Counted from the stretch's first letter, positions 47,230 to 56,272 are shown. The stretch: 61,583 nucleotides of DNA from an uncultured delta proteobacterium (GCA_903845045.1 CAIMWA010000683.1:1-61583); one strand, 5' to 3'. Notes: generated by a model from the letters alone, not told the origin. A program made the numbers and translations.

Positions 47230-48222
47230 ATGGCCGAGCCCTCGCGCACCCGTCCGAACGCCACGATCTCGCCGCTCGCCCACGAGGTGGCGATGAAGCT
47301 GACCCGCGCCGTCGGGGCGGTGCTCACGGGCAAGCCCGACGTCGTCGAGCGCGCCGTCGTCACGCTCCTCGCCCGCGGCCACCTGCTCATCGAGGACGTC
47401 CCCGGCGTCGGCAAGACCACCCTCGCCCGCGCCCTCGCCCGCGCCCTCGGCACCGACTTTCGCCGCGTGCAGTGCACCAGCGACCTCATGCCGTCGGAGC
47501 TCCTCGGCGTGAACGTCTACAACGCCTCCGAGCGGCGCTTCGAGTTCCGCCCGGGCCCCGTGTTCACGCACCTCCTCGTGGCCGACGAGATCAACCGCGC
47601 CACGCCGAAGACGCAGAGCGCGCTCCTCGAGGTCATGAGCGAGCGCCAGGTCTCCATCGACGGCGCCACGCACCGCCTCGAGGAGCCCTTCGCCGTCATC
47701 GCCACGCAGAACCCCGACGACGCCGCGGGAACGTATCCGCTGCCGGAGTCGCAGCTCGATCGCTTCCTGCTGCGAACCGCCGTGGGGTACCCGTCGGCGG
47801 CCCTCGAGAAGCAGATCCTCTCGACGCGCGGAGGCACCGAGCCCGTCGACGAGATCGAGGCCGTGCTCACCGTCGCGCAGCTCGTCGCGGCACAGCGCGA
47901 GGTCGACGCCGTGGTCCTCGAGGCCAGCGTCGTCGACTACGCCTACGCGCTCGTGCATGCCACGCGCACCCACGAGCAGATCTCCGTCGGCGTCTCGACG
48001 CGCGGCGCCCTCGCCTTCGTGCGCGCCGCCAAGGCCCGCGCCATCGTGCGCGGCCGCAGCTACGTCATCCCCGACGACCTCTCGGACCTCGCCGGCCCGG
48101 TGCTCGCACACCGCATCCGCGTGCACGGCGCCGACCCCGCGCTGCTCCCCGGCGACGCGCGGCGCAGCGACGCCGACCGCATCGTGCACGAGATCGTGCA
48201 GCGCACCGACGTTCCGCTGTAG
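47230..48222 (+). CDS. MoxR-family AAA+ ATPase
   Basis: GHLLIEDVPGVGKT, QCTSDLMPS, LVADEINRATPKTQSALLE and ATQNP...GTYPLPESQLDRF motifs. Confidence 0.92.
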   Translation: MAEPSRTRPNATISPLAHEVAMKLTRAVGAVLTGKPDVVERAVVTLLARGHLLIEDVPGVGKTTLARALARALGTDFRRVQCTSDLMPSELLGVNVYNASERRFEFRPGPVFTHLLVADEINRATPKTQSALLEVMSERQVSIDGATHRLEEPFAVIATQNPDDAAGTYPLPESQLDRFLLRTAVGYPSAALEKQILSTRGGTEPVDEIEAVLTVAQLVAAQREVDAVVLEASVVDYAYALVHATRTHEQISVGVSTRGALAFVRAAKARAIVRGRSYVIPDDLSDLAGPVLAHRIRVHGADPALLPGDARRSDADRIVHEIVQRTDVPL

Positions 48223-48226
48223 CCGA

Positions 48227-48268
48227 CGTTCATCGACGTCGATGAACGGTTCATCAACGTCGATGAAA
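48227..48268. repeat. Tandem palindromes (21-bp period) between convergent genes
   Basis: CGTTCATCGACGTCGATGAACG is a perfect 22-bp palindrome; it is followed by GTTCATCAACGTCGATGAAA (2 mismatches to the 20-bp core). Confidence 0.85.
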
Positions 48269-48278
48269 CCTCGACGCG

Positions 48279-49463
48279 CTACAGCGCCGCCGCGAGCCCC
48301 TCGCGGATCAGCCGGCGCACGAGCACCAGCTTGCCGTCGTCGTCGAGCGGACCGGGCAGGTCGCGCACCGCCGTCGACGGGTGCGTCAGCACGTGCTTCG
48401 CGGCCTCGGCGGCGTGCGGCGGCAGCGTGAGCTCGCGCCCGGAGAACGCCACCGTGAGCCCCTCGGCGCTCTCACGGAAGCGGAACACCAGCGTCGATCG
48501 CACACCGACGCGGTCGTCGGGGGTGAGCAGCGCGAGGCGGCACACCTGCTGGAGCTGTCCGCGCAGCAGCGACGGGCGGTTCGAGCGCATCTCCTCGGCG
48601 TAGAAGTCCATGGTGCCGTCGAAGTCGGCGTGGTCGTGCAGGCGCTGCAAGAGCCCGCGGAAGGTCTTCTCGGCCTCGGTGCGGTCGAAGCCGTCCTGCG
48701 AGTGACCCGCGGGGATGCTCGCGCGAAACGCCGGGTCCTTGAGGGCGATGCGCGCGACGGTCTCGATGATCGCCTCGGCCCACGACGTGTGCAGCACGCC
48801 CACGGTGATGTGCAGCGACTCGCTGCTCGTGGTCTGCGCCTGGTGCATGACCCCGCGCGGCAGGTACAGCATGTCGCCGGGCTTGAGGTCGAACTCCGCG
48901 CTGACGGGACCAGGCTCCGCCGGGAACTCCGAGAACGACTGACCGCGCAGGGGCAGCGCCACCGCCGTGTCGTAGAGGGTCCAGTGCTTGGTGCCGTGCG
49001 TCTGCAGCACGAACACGTCGTGGCTGTCGTAGTGCACCTTGAGGCCCTGCGACTCCCGCGGCGTGAGGTAGATGTTCGTCTGGATCGGGCACCCCGCGTC
49101 GCGCTCCACCTCGCGGCAGAGCCCCGCGAGCGCAGGAACGAAGCGATGCAGCTGGTTCATCACCAGCGAGCCGCCCAGCGCGAACTGCTGGTAGAGCCGC
49201 GCCACGTCGATGACGTCGTTGCCGAAGGTGTAGTCCTTCGTCGTCACCGGGCGGTTCGCGTTGGCCACGGTGATCGCCGGGAACGAGAGCTGGTACGTCG
49301 TGATGACGCGGTCGACCTCGTCCATGGTGAGCAGGTCGTCGTAGTAGTGCGGCGCGTCGCGATGCACGATGAGCGGCTCGCGCTCCCAGTGCTTCGCGAA
49401 GAACGCCGCAGGGTCCGTCGGGCTGATCATCCGGGCGAGATCGAAGGTGTCCGTGCTGCTCAT
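48279..49463 (-). CDS. JmjC/Cupin_4 Fe(II)/2OG oxygenase, ribosomal-oxygenase (NO66/YcfD)-like architecture
   Basis: FFAKHWEREPL, NIYLTP, HYDSHDVFVLQ.HG.K.W (HxD), LYLPRG..HQA (His), and a C-terminal winged-helix-like 'LVLVRRLIREGL'. Confidence 0.9.
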   Translation of the reverse strand: MSSTDTFDLARMISPTDPAAFFAKHWEREPLIVHRDAPHYYDDLLTMDEVDRVITTYQLSFPAITVANANRPVTTKDYTFGNDVIDVARLYQQFALGGSLVMNQLHRFVPALAGLCREVERDAGCPIQTNIYLTPRESQGLKVHYDSHDVFVLQTHGTKHWTLYDTAVALPLRGQSFSEFPAEPGPVSAEFDLKPGDMLYLPRGVMHQAQTTSSESLHITVGVLHTSWAEAIIETVARIALKDPAFRASIPAGHSQDGFDRTEAEKTFRGLLQRLHDHADFDGTMDFYAEEMRSNRPSLLRGQLQQVCRLALLTPDDRVGVRSTLVFRFRESAEGLTVAFSGRELTLPPHAAEAAKHVLTHPSTAVRDLPGPLDDDGKLVLVRRLIREGLAAAL

Positions 49464-49743
49464 GAGTGCGCCTTCTACACCGGGTGGAACCGACGCTCCC
49501 AGCGCGAACGCGCGCCGCCGTGGAACCCCGTGTGCGCCCCCGTCGACGCAACCTCCGACGGGCAGATTCAACATCCCGCACGAACTGCGCGATGAATGTT
49601 CGGACCGGCGGTTCCGTACGAACACCTTGCGTCCCGGCGTCGATTCGTGATTCCGTGACGCTGTTGGTCAACCTGCCCGCGGGAGTAGGTCCGTCGCCCT
49701 GAGCGGCACCGTTCACCGTGGGTTTCGCGCGGAGGATTTCGAG

Positions 49744-50094
49744 ATGGCGGACAAGAAGGTCACCCTGACGGACGACGAGATGGTGAGCTCCGAGGGCATG
49801 GGACGTCGCACGGCGCTCGGCATGATCGGCGCCGGCGTGGTGGGTGCGGCGGTCGGCGCGGCCGTCGGCCTGCGTCCGGAGACGGCCCAGGCCCAGAGCG
49901 GCCCGAACGACAGCGACAGCGGCCCCGGCGAGGACGCCCCGGGTCACGGCGTCACCGGCGCCAGCGATCGCGACAGCGGCCCGAACGAGGACCGCCCGAA
50001 CCACGGCGTGTGCGCGCGCCGCGGCGTGACCGACAGCGACTCTGGCAACGGCGCCGACGGCGCTAGCCATGGCCGCGGTCCCTGCCACCAGTAA
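49744..50094 (+). CDS. Small twin-arginine-signal protein with three DxDSGxxxDxxxHG repeats (candidate multicore precursor)
   Basis: GGAGGA RBS; GRRTALG; hydrophobic h-region; AQA cleavage site; repeats at 49909-49950, 49966-50007 and 50032-50073. Confidence 0.8.
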   Translation: MADKKVTLTDDEMVSSEGMGRRTALGMIGAGVVGAAVGAAVGLRPETAQAQSGPNDSDSGPGEDAPGHGVTGASDRDSGPNEDRPNHGVCARRGVTDSDSGNGADGASHGRGPCHQ

Positions 50095-50119
50095 GCACTC
50101 CTTCGCATTCGTTGCGACG

Positions 50120-50155
50120 CGCGGCCGGTTCGGGGTACTCCCTCGGGCCGGCCGC
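50120..50155 (+). other. Strong hairpin directly before the glyQ start codon
   Basis: CGCGGCCGG / CCGGCCGCG outer stem ending 1 nt before ATG 50157. Confidence 0.6.
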
Positions 50156-50156
50156 G

Positions 50157-51101
50157 ATGTATTTTCAAGAGCTCATCCTCACGCTGCAGCAGTTCTGGAC
50201 CGCGAGGGGGTGCCTCCTCGTGCAGCCCTACAACAGCGAGGTCGGCGCGGGGACCTTCAACCCGCACACGTTCCTCCGCGCCCTCGGCCCGGAGCCCTGG
50301 AGCGTCGCCTTCGTCGAGCCCTCGCGGCGCCCGGCGGACGGACGCTACGGCGACAACCCGAACCGCCTGCAGCAGTTCCACCAGTTCCAGGTGATCCTCA
50401 AGCCGTCGCCGCTCGACATCCAGGACCAGTACCTGGCGTCCCTCGCGGCCCTCGGCACGGACCCGCTGAAGCACGACGTACGCTTCGTCGAGGACGACTG
50501 GGAGTCGCCGACGCTCGGCGCCTGGGGCCTCGGCTGGCAGGTGTGGCTCGACGGCCTCGAGGTGTCGCAGTTCACGTACTTCCAGCAGTGCGGCGGCTTC
50601 GACTGCCGTCCCGTGTCGGGAGAGCTCACCTACGGCCTCGAGCGCATCGTGATGTACCTGCAGGACGTCGACGACATCTACGAGGCGATGTGGGCGCCCG
50701 GCGTGCGCTACGGCGAGATCGCCAAGCGCGCCGAGTGGGAGTGGTCCACGTACAACTTCACGGCGGCGGACGTGGAGCACCACCGCGCGCAGTTCGACAC
50801 CTGCGAGCGCGAGTGCCGCCGCATGCTCGGCCTCGAGGAGCAGCGCATCGAGACCAAGAAGGGACCGCGCACGGAGCTCGGCTACGTGAAGGCCCCGCTC
50901 GAGCGCCTCGCCCTGCCCGCCTATGATTTCTGCGTGAAGGCGTCGCACCACTTCAACGTGCTCGACGCCCGCGGCGCCATCTCCGTCACCGCGCGGCAGG
51001 ACTACATCAAGCGCGTGCGCGGCATCGCCCACCGCTGCGCCGAGTCGTGGCTCGCCCAGCGCGAGGCCCTCGGTTTCCCGCTGCTCAAGGGCCGCACGTG
51101 A
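50157..51101 (+). CDS. glyQ: Glycine--tRNA ligase alpha subunit
   Basis: [44 protein letters not shown] and ELTYGLER motifs. Confidence 0.96.
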   Translation: MYFQELILTLQQFWTARGCLLVQPYNSEVGAGTFNPHTFLRALGPEPWSVAFVEPSRRPADGRYGDNPNRLQQFHQFQVILKPSPLDIQDQYLASLAALGTDPLKHDVRFVEDDWESPTLGAWGLGWQVWLDGLEVSQFTYFQQCGGFDCRPVSGELTYGLERIVMYLQDVDDIYEAMWAPGVRYGEIAKRAEWEWSTYNFTAADVEHHRAQFDTCERECRRMLGLEEQRIETKKGPRTELGYVKAPLERLALPAYDFCVKASHHFNVLDARGAISVTARQDYIKRVRGIAHRCAESWLAQREALGFPLLKGRT

Positions 51102-51886
51102 AGCTCCGCGGCGCTGCGCTGGCCGGTGCGCTGCTGCTCGCCGCTCCCGCGGCGCGGGCCCAGGCAAACCTCGCCGAGACGTACTTCCAGAACGGCAGCC
51201 GCGCCTTCACCGAGCAGCGCTACGCCGAGGCCGCGCGCGCCTTCCGCGAGGCCCTGGCGATCTCGCATCGGCCGGAGCTCCTCTTCAACCTCTCGCGCGC
51301 CCTCGAGCGCCAGGGCGACTACGTCGGCGCGCTCCAAGCCCTGCAGGACTTCTCCAACGGCGGCGCACCCGGCTTCGACCGCGCGGCGCTCACGCAGATG
51401 ATCACGCAGCTCGAGGGCCTCGCCGCGGACCAGCGCACCCGCGAGGAGGCCGCGCGCACCGCCGGCAGCGCACCGCCCCCGGTGGTGACCGTGGAGCGTC
51501 CGGTCATCGAGCCCCGGTGGTTCCGCGTCGAGTACCGGCGCAGCGCCGTGAACAACGTGGGCCCGTGGGTGACCCTCGGCGTCGGCGCGGCCCTCGGCAT
51601 CGCCGGCGTCGCCGAGGCCCTCGTGGGCGGCGCCGCGGCGTCGACGCTGCGCAACGTGAACGCGGGCTCCGAACCCTGGAGCCAGGCCGCCGCCGACGCC
51701 CAGGCCCGCGCGCCGGGCGCCTTCACCCGCGGGTGGATCCTCGGGGGCACGGGCGCGGCCCTCGCCGTCGGCGGCGTGCTCTGGGCATTGCTCCGCGGAC
51801 CGGGCCAGCGCGTCGAGGTCCGCGACGCACCGCACGTCTCGCTGGCACCCGCAGGCCTCGGCCTCGCCGTCGGAGGAGCGCTGTGA
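51098..51886 (+). CDS. Secreted TPR protein with C-terminal TM hairpin (myxobacterial type)
   Basis: Signal peptide (ARA); TPR '[12 protein letters not shown]...[12 protein letters not shown]'; C-terminal GG-rich TMs. Confidence 0.7.
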   Translation: MKLRGAALAGALLLAAPAARAQANLAETYFQNGSRAFTEQRYAEAARAFREALAISHRPELLFNLSRALERQGDYVGALQALQDFSNGGAPGFDRAALTQMITQLEGLAADQRTREEAARTAGSAPPPVVTVERPVIEPRWFRVEYRRSAVNNVGPWVTLGVGAALGIAGVAEALVGGAAASTLRNVNAGSEPWSQAAADAQARAPGAFTRGWILGGTGAALAVGGVLWALLRGPGQRVEVRDAPHVSLAPAGLGLAVGGAL

Positions 51887-52704
51887 CCGCGCCCCGCTGG
51901 CTCCTCGCCGTCACCGTCGCCGCGAGCTGTTCGGCGCCGGACCTCGACCGCACCGGCGCCATTCTCTGCGGGCCCGCGAACGCCGATGGCGTCGGGCTGT
52001 GTCCGTCGGGCTACGAGTGCCGCCTCGAGCACTGCTGCCCCACGACGAGCGCGACGTCGGCGTGCCCCGGCGAGACCGCGGCGACCACCGGCGCGCCCTG
52101 CGGACCGGGCACCTGCACGCTCTCGAGCACCGCCTCGACGGCGTGCTGCGCGACGGTGAACGCCAACGCGCGCGAGGTGTTCCGCGGGGGCTACGCGACG
52201 ATGCTCAACTGCACGTCGAACGCGCAGTGCGGGGCCTACGGAACGTGCACGACGCTGCAGGGCATCGGGCGCCCGGCGTGCTGGCGGCGCTGCACCTACC
52301 GCGCGGGCATGGTGACCCCGTGCCGCGACGCCGCGAGCGAGATCGCATCGTCGCCGTCGGGATCGTACGTGTGCGTCCCCGACCCCGAGGGGCGCGCGCC
52401 CAACGACGGCGTGTGCATCCCCGACTGCACCGCGGTGCCGACGGTGTGCGGCAACGACGTCTGCGATCCCGCCACGCACACGTGCCACGGGTGCACCGCG
52501 AACACGTCCTGCGCGGCGGGACAGGTGTGCAACCGAAGCTCCGGGCAGTGCAGCGATCCCTGCACCGCGCTCACCGCCGTGCGCCTCTGCGGCGCGCTCA
52601 CGCTCTGCGTGCTGCGCACCGGCAACTGCATCTACTGCCCCGAGACGCCGTGCCCCGCGGGGTTCTCGTGCAACGCCACCACCGGGCGCTGCGCGGCGCG
52701 CTAA
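51883..52704 (+). CDS. Cys-rich lipoprotein
   Basis: AASC lipobox-like; many Cys-rich modules; GTGA-coupled. Confidence 0.7.
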   Translation: MTAPRWLLAVTVAASCSAPDLDRTGAILCGPANADGVGLCPSGYECRLEHCCPTTSATSACPGETAATTGAPCGPGTCTLSSTASTACCATVNANAREVFRGGYATMLNCTSNAQCGAYGTCTTLQGIGRPACWRRCTYRAGMVTPCRDAASEIASSPSGSYVCVPDPEGRAPNDGVCIPDCTAVPTVCGNDVCDPATHTCHGCTANTSCAAGQVCNRSSGQCSDPCTALTAVRLCGALTLCVLRTGNCIYCPETPCPAGFSCNATTGRCAAR

Positions 52705-52979
52705 CCCTCGACCCTTCGGCGCACCTCGTCGCGGGTCCCGTCGAGCAACGCCGCAAGCACCGACGCCGCGAGGTGGGACGGCACGCCGGCCTCGGCGGCG
52801 AGCGACGACCAGCGCGCGTGCAGCGAGGCCTCGCGGGCGGCGTCGACGGCGGAGAGCCCCTGCGCGCGCTTGAGGTCCCCGACGGCGCGCACCGCGGCGA
52901 GGCGGCGGCCGAGGGCGGCGACGAGGTCCGCGTCGGCGGCGTCGATGGCGGCACGGAGCGTGGCGAGGTCGTCGGCCAT
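52701..52979 (-). CDS. Stand-alone AroQ/type II chorismate mutase
   Basis: LATLRAAIDAADADLVAALGRR...VGDLK...D.ARE motif. Confidence 0.8.
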   Translation of the reverse strand: MADDLATLRAAIDAADADLVAALGRRLAAVRAVGDLKRAQGLSAVDAAREASLHARWSSLAAEAGVPSHLAASVLAALLDGTRDEVRRRVEG

Positions 52980-53045
52980 GGCGTCGGCGAAGGTACGCCG
53001 GGAGCGATGTGGCGGGGCGGCCGTTCCCGGTGTAAGCGCCCGCCG

Positions 53046-55499
53046 GTGAACGACGCGACGCGCCCCGAAGTGCTCAGCCCCGCGGGAGACGCCGAGGCCA
53101 TGGAGGCCGCCGTGCGCGCCGGCGCCGACGCCGTGTACTTCGGGCTCCAGGGGTTCAACGCCCGCGCCCGCGCCACGAACTTCGACGCCGCGGGGCTCGG
53201 CGCCACCGTCGCGGGGCTCCACGCCCGGGGCGTGCGGGCCTACGTCACGCTCAACACGTTGATCTTCGACGCCGAGCTCGCCGCCGTCGAAGAGGCCGTG
53301 CGCGCGTGCGCCGCCGCCGGCGTCGACGCCGTCATCGTGCAGGACCTCGGGCTCCTCGCGCTGCTCCGCGCCGTCGCGCCGACGCTGCCGGTGCACGCCT
53401 CGACGCAGATGACCTGCACCGACGCGGCGTCCGTCGCCCTGGCCGCGGAGCTCGGGGCGTCGCGGGTGATCCTCGCGCGGGAGCTCTCGGTGGCCGACAT
53501 CGCCGCGGTGCGCGCGCAGACCGACGTGCCCGTCGAGGTGTTCGTGCACGGCGCGCTCTGCGTGGCGTACTCGGGCCAGTGCCTCACCAGCGAGGCCATC
53601 GGCGGACGCAGCGCCAACCGCGGAGCGTGCGCGCAGGCGTGCCGTCTCCCGTACGCGCTCGTCGTCGACGGCGCCGACCGCGACACCGGCGACCGGGCGT
53701 TTCTGCTCTCTCCGCAGGACCTCGAGGCCAGCGCGCGGGTGCCCGAGCTCGCGGCCCTCGGCGTGGCGTCGATCAAGATCGAGGGGCGCCTCAAGGGCGG
53801 GGCCTACGTCGGCGCCACCACGGCGCTCTACCGCGACGCCGTCGATGGACGCGTCGACGAGAGCGAACGCCAGCGGGCGCTGCAGATGTTCACCCGCGGC
53901 AGCGGCGACGGCTTCTTCGGCGGCGTGGACCACCAGCGCCTCGTCGACGGCGGCACCTGCGACCACCGCGGGCTGCGCGCGGGCACCCTCGTCGCCATGG
54001 AGCGCGGACGCCTCCGGGTGCGCCTCGAGACCCCCATCGCGCGCGGCGATGGCGTGCTGGTCCAGGGCGGCGCCGCGAACGAGGGCGAGGTCGGCGGACG
54101 CGTCTGGACCGTCGCCGTCGACGACCGCGACGTCGAGCGCGCCGAGGCCGGCGTCGAGGCGTCGTTGTGGCTCGGTCCCGAGCGCGACGTGCGCGGCGCC
54201 GTGGCCGGACGCACCGTGTGGCGCACCGATGCTCCCGGCGAGGAGCGGGCCGTGCGCGAGGCCCTGCACGACGACTCCCGCGGCGACGTCGTCGACCTCG
54301 TGCTGCGCGGCGACGTCGGCGAGCGCCCGGTGCTCGAGGCCCGCACGCACCGCGGCCGCCACGCCACCGTCATGGGCGACGCGCCCCTCGCCGAGGGACG
54401 CAGCGGACGCACCCCCGACGACGTGCTGCGCGACAAGCTCGGACGCCTCGGCGGCACCGGCCTGCGACTCGGAGCGCTCGAGAACGCCCTCGGTGCGGGG
54501 GCGATGATCGCGCCGTCGGCGTTGAACCGCCTGCGTCGCTCCGTCACCGACACCCTCGCCGAGGCCCCGGCGCTCCCGTGGACGGCCACCGCGCGCACGG
54601 CCGCGGAGCTCCTCGCCGAAGCAGCGCCGCCCGCCGCCGAACCCGCCCCCGCGGGGCTCTTCGCGCTGTGCCGCACGCTCCCGCAGGCTCGCGCGGCCCT
54701 CGCGGCCGGCGCCGACGGCGTGTACCTCGACCTGCTCGAGCTCACCGGCACCGGCGAGGCGTTTCGCGCGCTGCGCGCCGAGGGAGCCCGCTGCATCGGC
54801 CTCGCGCCGCCGCGCATCCGCAAGCCCGGCGAGGAGAAGATCGACCGCTACCTCCGCGCCCTCGGACCCGACGTGCTGCTCGTGCGCGGCCTCGGTGCGC
54901 TGCGCGAGGCGAACGTCGACGACGGGGTTCTTCGCGTGGGCGACGCGTCGCTCAACGTGGCCAACCGCCTCGCCGCGGCCACCGTGCTGCAGCGCGGGCT
55001 GCGCGCGTTCACGCCGAGCTTCGACCTCGACGCCGCGCAGCTCGGCGCGCTCCTCGACGGCCCCTTCGCGCCCTGGACCGAGGTGGTGCTGCATCACCCC
55101 ATGCCGCTGTTCCACATGGAGCACTGCGTGATCGCCGCCGAGCTCTCGTCGGGCCGGGACCACCGCGACTGCGGCCGTCCGTGCGAGCGCCACGCCGTCT
55201 CGCTGCGCGACCGCGCCGGCTTCGTGCACCCCGTCGAGGCCGACGTCGGGTGCCGCAACACCGTGTTCCACGCGCGCCCGCAGAGCGCCGCGGGCGTGGC
55301 GGCGGGGGCCCAGCGCGCGGGCGTGCGACGGTTCCGCGTGGAGCTCGTGCGCGAGACCCCGGCGCAGGCCGCGAGCGTCGTCACCGCCTACCGCGCGCTG
55401 CTCGACGGACGCAGCACCCCCGCCGAGGTCTGGCGCACCCTCGAGGCCGACGGGAGCTACGGCGTCGTGCGCGGATCGCTGCGCGTGCTCGGCGCCTGA
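53046..55499 (+). CDS. Peptidase U32 family protein with DUF3656-like extension (RlhA-like rRNA hydroxylase candidate)
   Basis: EVLSPAG, HASTQM, EVFVHGALCVAYSGQC, NRGACAQACR and KIEGR motifs; duplicated C-terminal U32-like domain. Confidence 0.9.
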   Translation: MNDATRPEVLSPAGDAEAMEAAVRAGADAVYFGLQGFNARARATNFDAAGLGATVAGLHARGVRAYVTLNTLIFDAELAAVEEAVRACAAAGVDAVIVQDLGLLALLRAVAPTLPVHASTQMTCTDAASVALAAELGASRVILARELSVADIAAVRAQTDVPVEVFVHGALCVAYSGQCLTSEAIGGRSANRGACAQACRLPYALVVDGADRDTGDRAFLLSPQDLEASARVPELAALGVASIKIEGRLKGGAYVGATTALYRDAVDGRVDESERQRALQMFTRGSGDGFFGGVDHQRLVDGGTCDHRGLRAGTLVAMERGRLRVRLETPIARGDGVLVQGGAANEGEVGGRVWTVAVDDRDVERAEAGVEASLWLGPERDVRGAVAGRTVWRTDAPGEERAVREALHDDSRGDVVDLVLRGDVGERPVLEARTHRGRHATVMGDAPLAEGRSGRTPDDVLRDKLGRLGGTGLRLGALENALGAGAMIAPSALNRLRRSVTDTLAEAPALPWTATARTAAELLAEAAPPAAEPAPAGLFALCRTLPQARAALAAGADGVYLDLLELTGTGEAFRALRAEGARCIGLAPPRIRKPGEEKIDRYLRALGPDVLLVRGLGALREANVDDGVLRVGDASLNVANRLAAATVLQRGLRAFTPSFDLDAAQLGALLDGPFAPWTEVVLHHPMPLFHMEHCVIAAELSSGRDHRDCGRPCERHAVSLRDRAGFVHPVEADVGCRNTVFHARPQSAAGVAAGAQRAGVRRFRVELVRETPAQAASVVTAYRALLDGRSTPAEVWRTLEADGSYGVVRGSLRVLGA

Positions 55500-55912
55500 G
55501 CGCGGCCAGGCACACCCGCGTCCGGCGGGTTCACGTTGTCGCCCGCGGACTCGTCGTAGGGCGTGAGCGTGCGCTGCAAGAGCGCCCGGGTCTCCTCGTC
55601 GAGGGCCTGCGGACGCTGCTCGACGGCCTCGCGGGCCACGGCGAGCCAGTGCCGCGCCTCGTCGTGCTGCCCGAGGCGCTCGCTGGTCATGCCCCGGAGG
55701 TACCGGTACCGCACCTGCTCGTAGGGCTCGAGGTGCCCGAAGTCCGCCTCGAGGTCCTCGAGGTTCGTGAGCGCGGCCTCGTAGCGTGCGGCGCGATAGT
55801 GCGCGTCGGCACGATCGAGCTGGTCGCGGTAGTTCGCGCAGGCCGGCAGCAGGGCCAGCAGCGCGAGCACGGGGAGTCGGTCTCCGAGACGCACGGCGGC
55901 GCACCGTACCAC
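55457..55912 (-). CDS. Small TPR-like lipoprotein
   Basis: LPAC lipobox-like; helical 'RADAHY...YEAAL', 'YLRGMT..RLGQ.DEARHWL'. 3' end overlaps the U32 gene by 43 bp. Start uncertain. Confidence 0.65.
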   Translation of the reverse strand: MVRCAAVRLGDRLPVLALLALLPACANYRDQLDRADAHYRAARYEAALTNLEDLEADFGHLEPYEQVRYRYLRGMTSERLGQHDEARHWLAVAREAVEQRPQALDEETRALLQRTLTPYDESAGDNVNPPDAGVPGRAQAPSTRSDPRTTP

Positions 55913-56069
55913 GACGCTCGCCGCGGGCGCGCGCTCCGCACCATGGCGGCTCGGTCCACCGCCACTGCGACACGGATGTCAGGGCCCGCGGACCCAACGC
56001 CCGCCCGCGGCGCCCGGCGCGCACCGCCAACCCTCTGAGAACACGCGGAACCGTGCGTGAACGCCCCTC

Positions 56070-56085
56070 TGGCACGGCTACTGCA
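56070..56085 (+). promoter_or_regulatory. Sigma54 (-24/-12) promoter
   Basis: TGGCACGGCTACTGCA: GG (56071-72), exactly 10 nt, GC (56083-84); matches TGGCAC-N5-YTGCW. Predicted start about 56096. Confidence 0.7.
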
Positions 56086-56095
56086 CTAGCGCTGG

Positions 56096-56242
56096 AAGCT
56101 TCGTTCCTTCGCTTCTTCTTGCTTCGGTTTCGCCTCTTCCTTCGCTTCAACGTCCCCCTTCGACTTCGCCTTCCCGCGCCGTGAAGTTTTCGAGCCCGCG
56201 GAGCGCCCCCCTTCGGTGGAGGGCCTCCGCGGTCTTCTTTTT
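56096..56242 (+). ncRNA. Candidate sigma54-dependent sRNA with nine YUUCG motifs
   Basis: Bounded by a sigma54 promoter and a terminator-like hairpin. The C/U-rich tract begins at the predicted +1. No credible ORF. Confidence 0.55.
56196..56242 (+). terminator. Intrinsic terminator-like hairpin
   Basis: CCGCGGAG...cUUCGg loop...CTCCGCGG followed by TCTTCTTTTT. Confidence 0.65.
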
Positions 56243-56272
56243 CCCGCGCGGCGTGCAGTGCAGAATGAGGGC

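Noticed and set aside
55457-55499. 43-bp convergent overlap of the U32 gene and the lipoprotein gene
   Set aside because: Short convergent overlaps are ordinary in GC-rich genomes with few stop codons.
56086-56150. Minus-strand basic or charged micro-ORFs (MKRRKRRNRSKKKRR..., ...EAKEEAKPKQEEAKERSFQR) and the plus-strand Phe/Leu/Arg-rich frame
   Set aside because: No RBS or sensible start/stop pairs. They are better explained as read-outs of the CTTC repeat bounded by the plus-strand promoter and terminator. Not formally excluded.
56096-56242. Identity with Pxr, 6S, SRP or tmRNA
   Set aside because: I recognised none of their diagnostic motifs, and Pxr identity cannot be confirmed without a covariance search.
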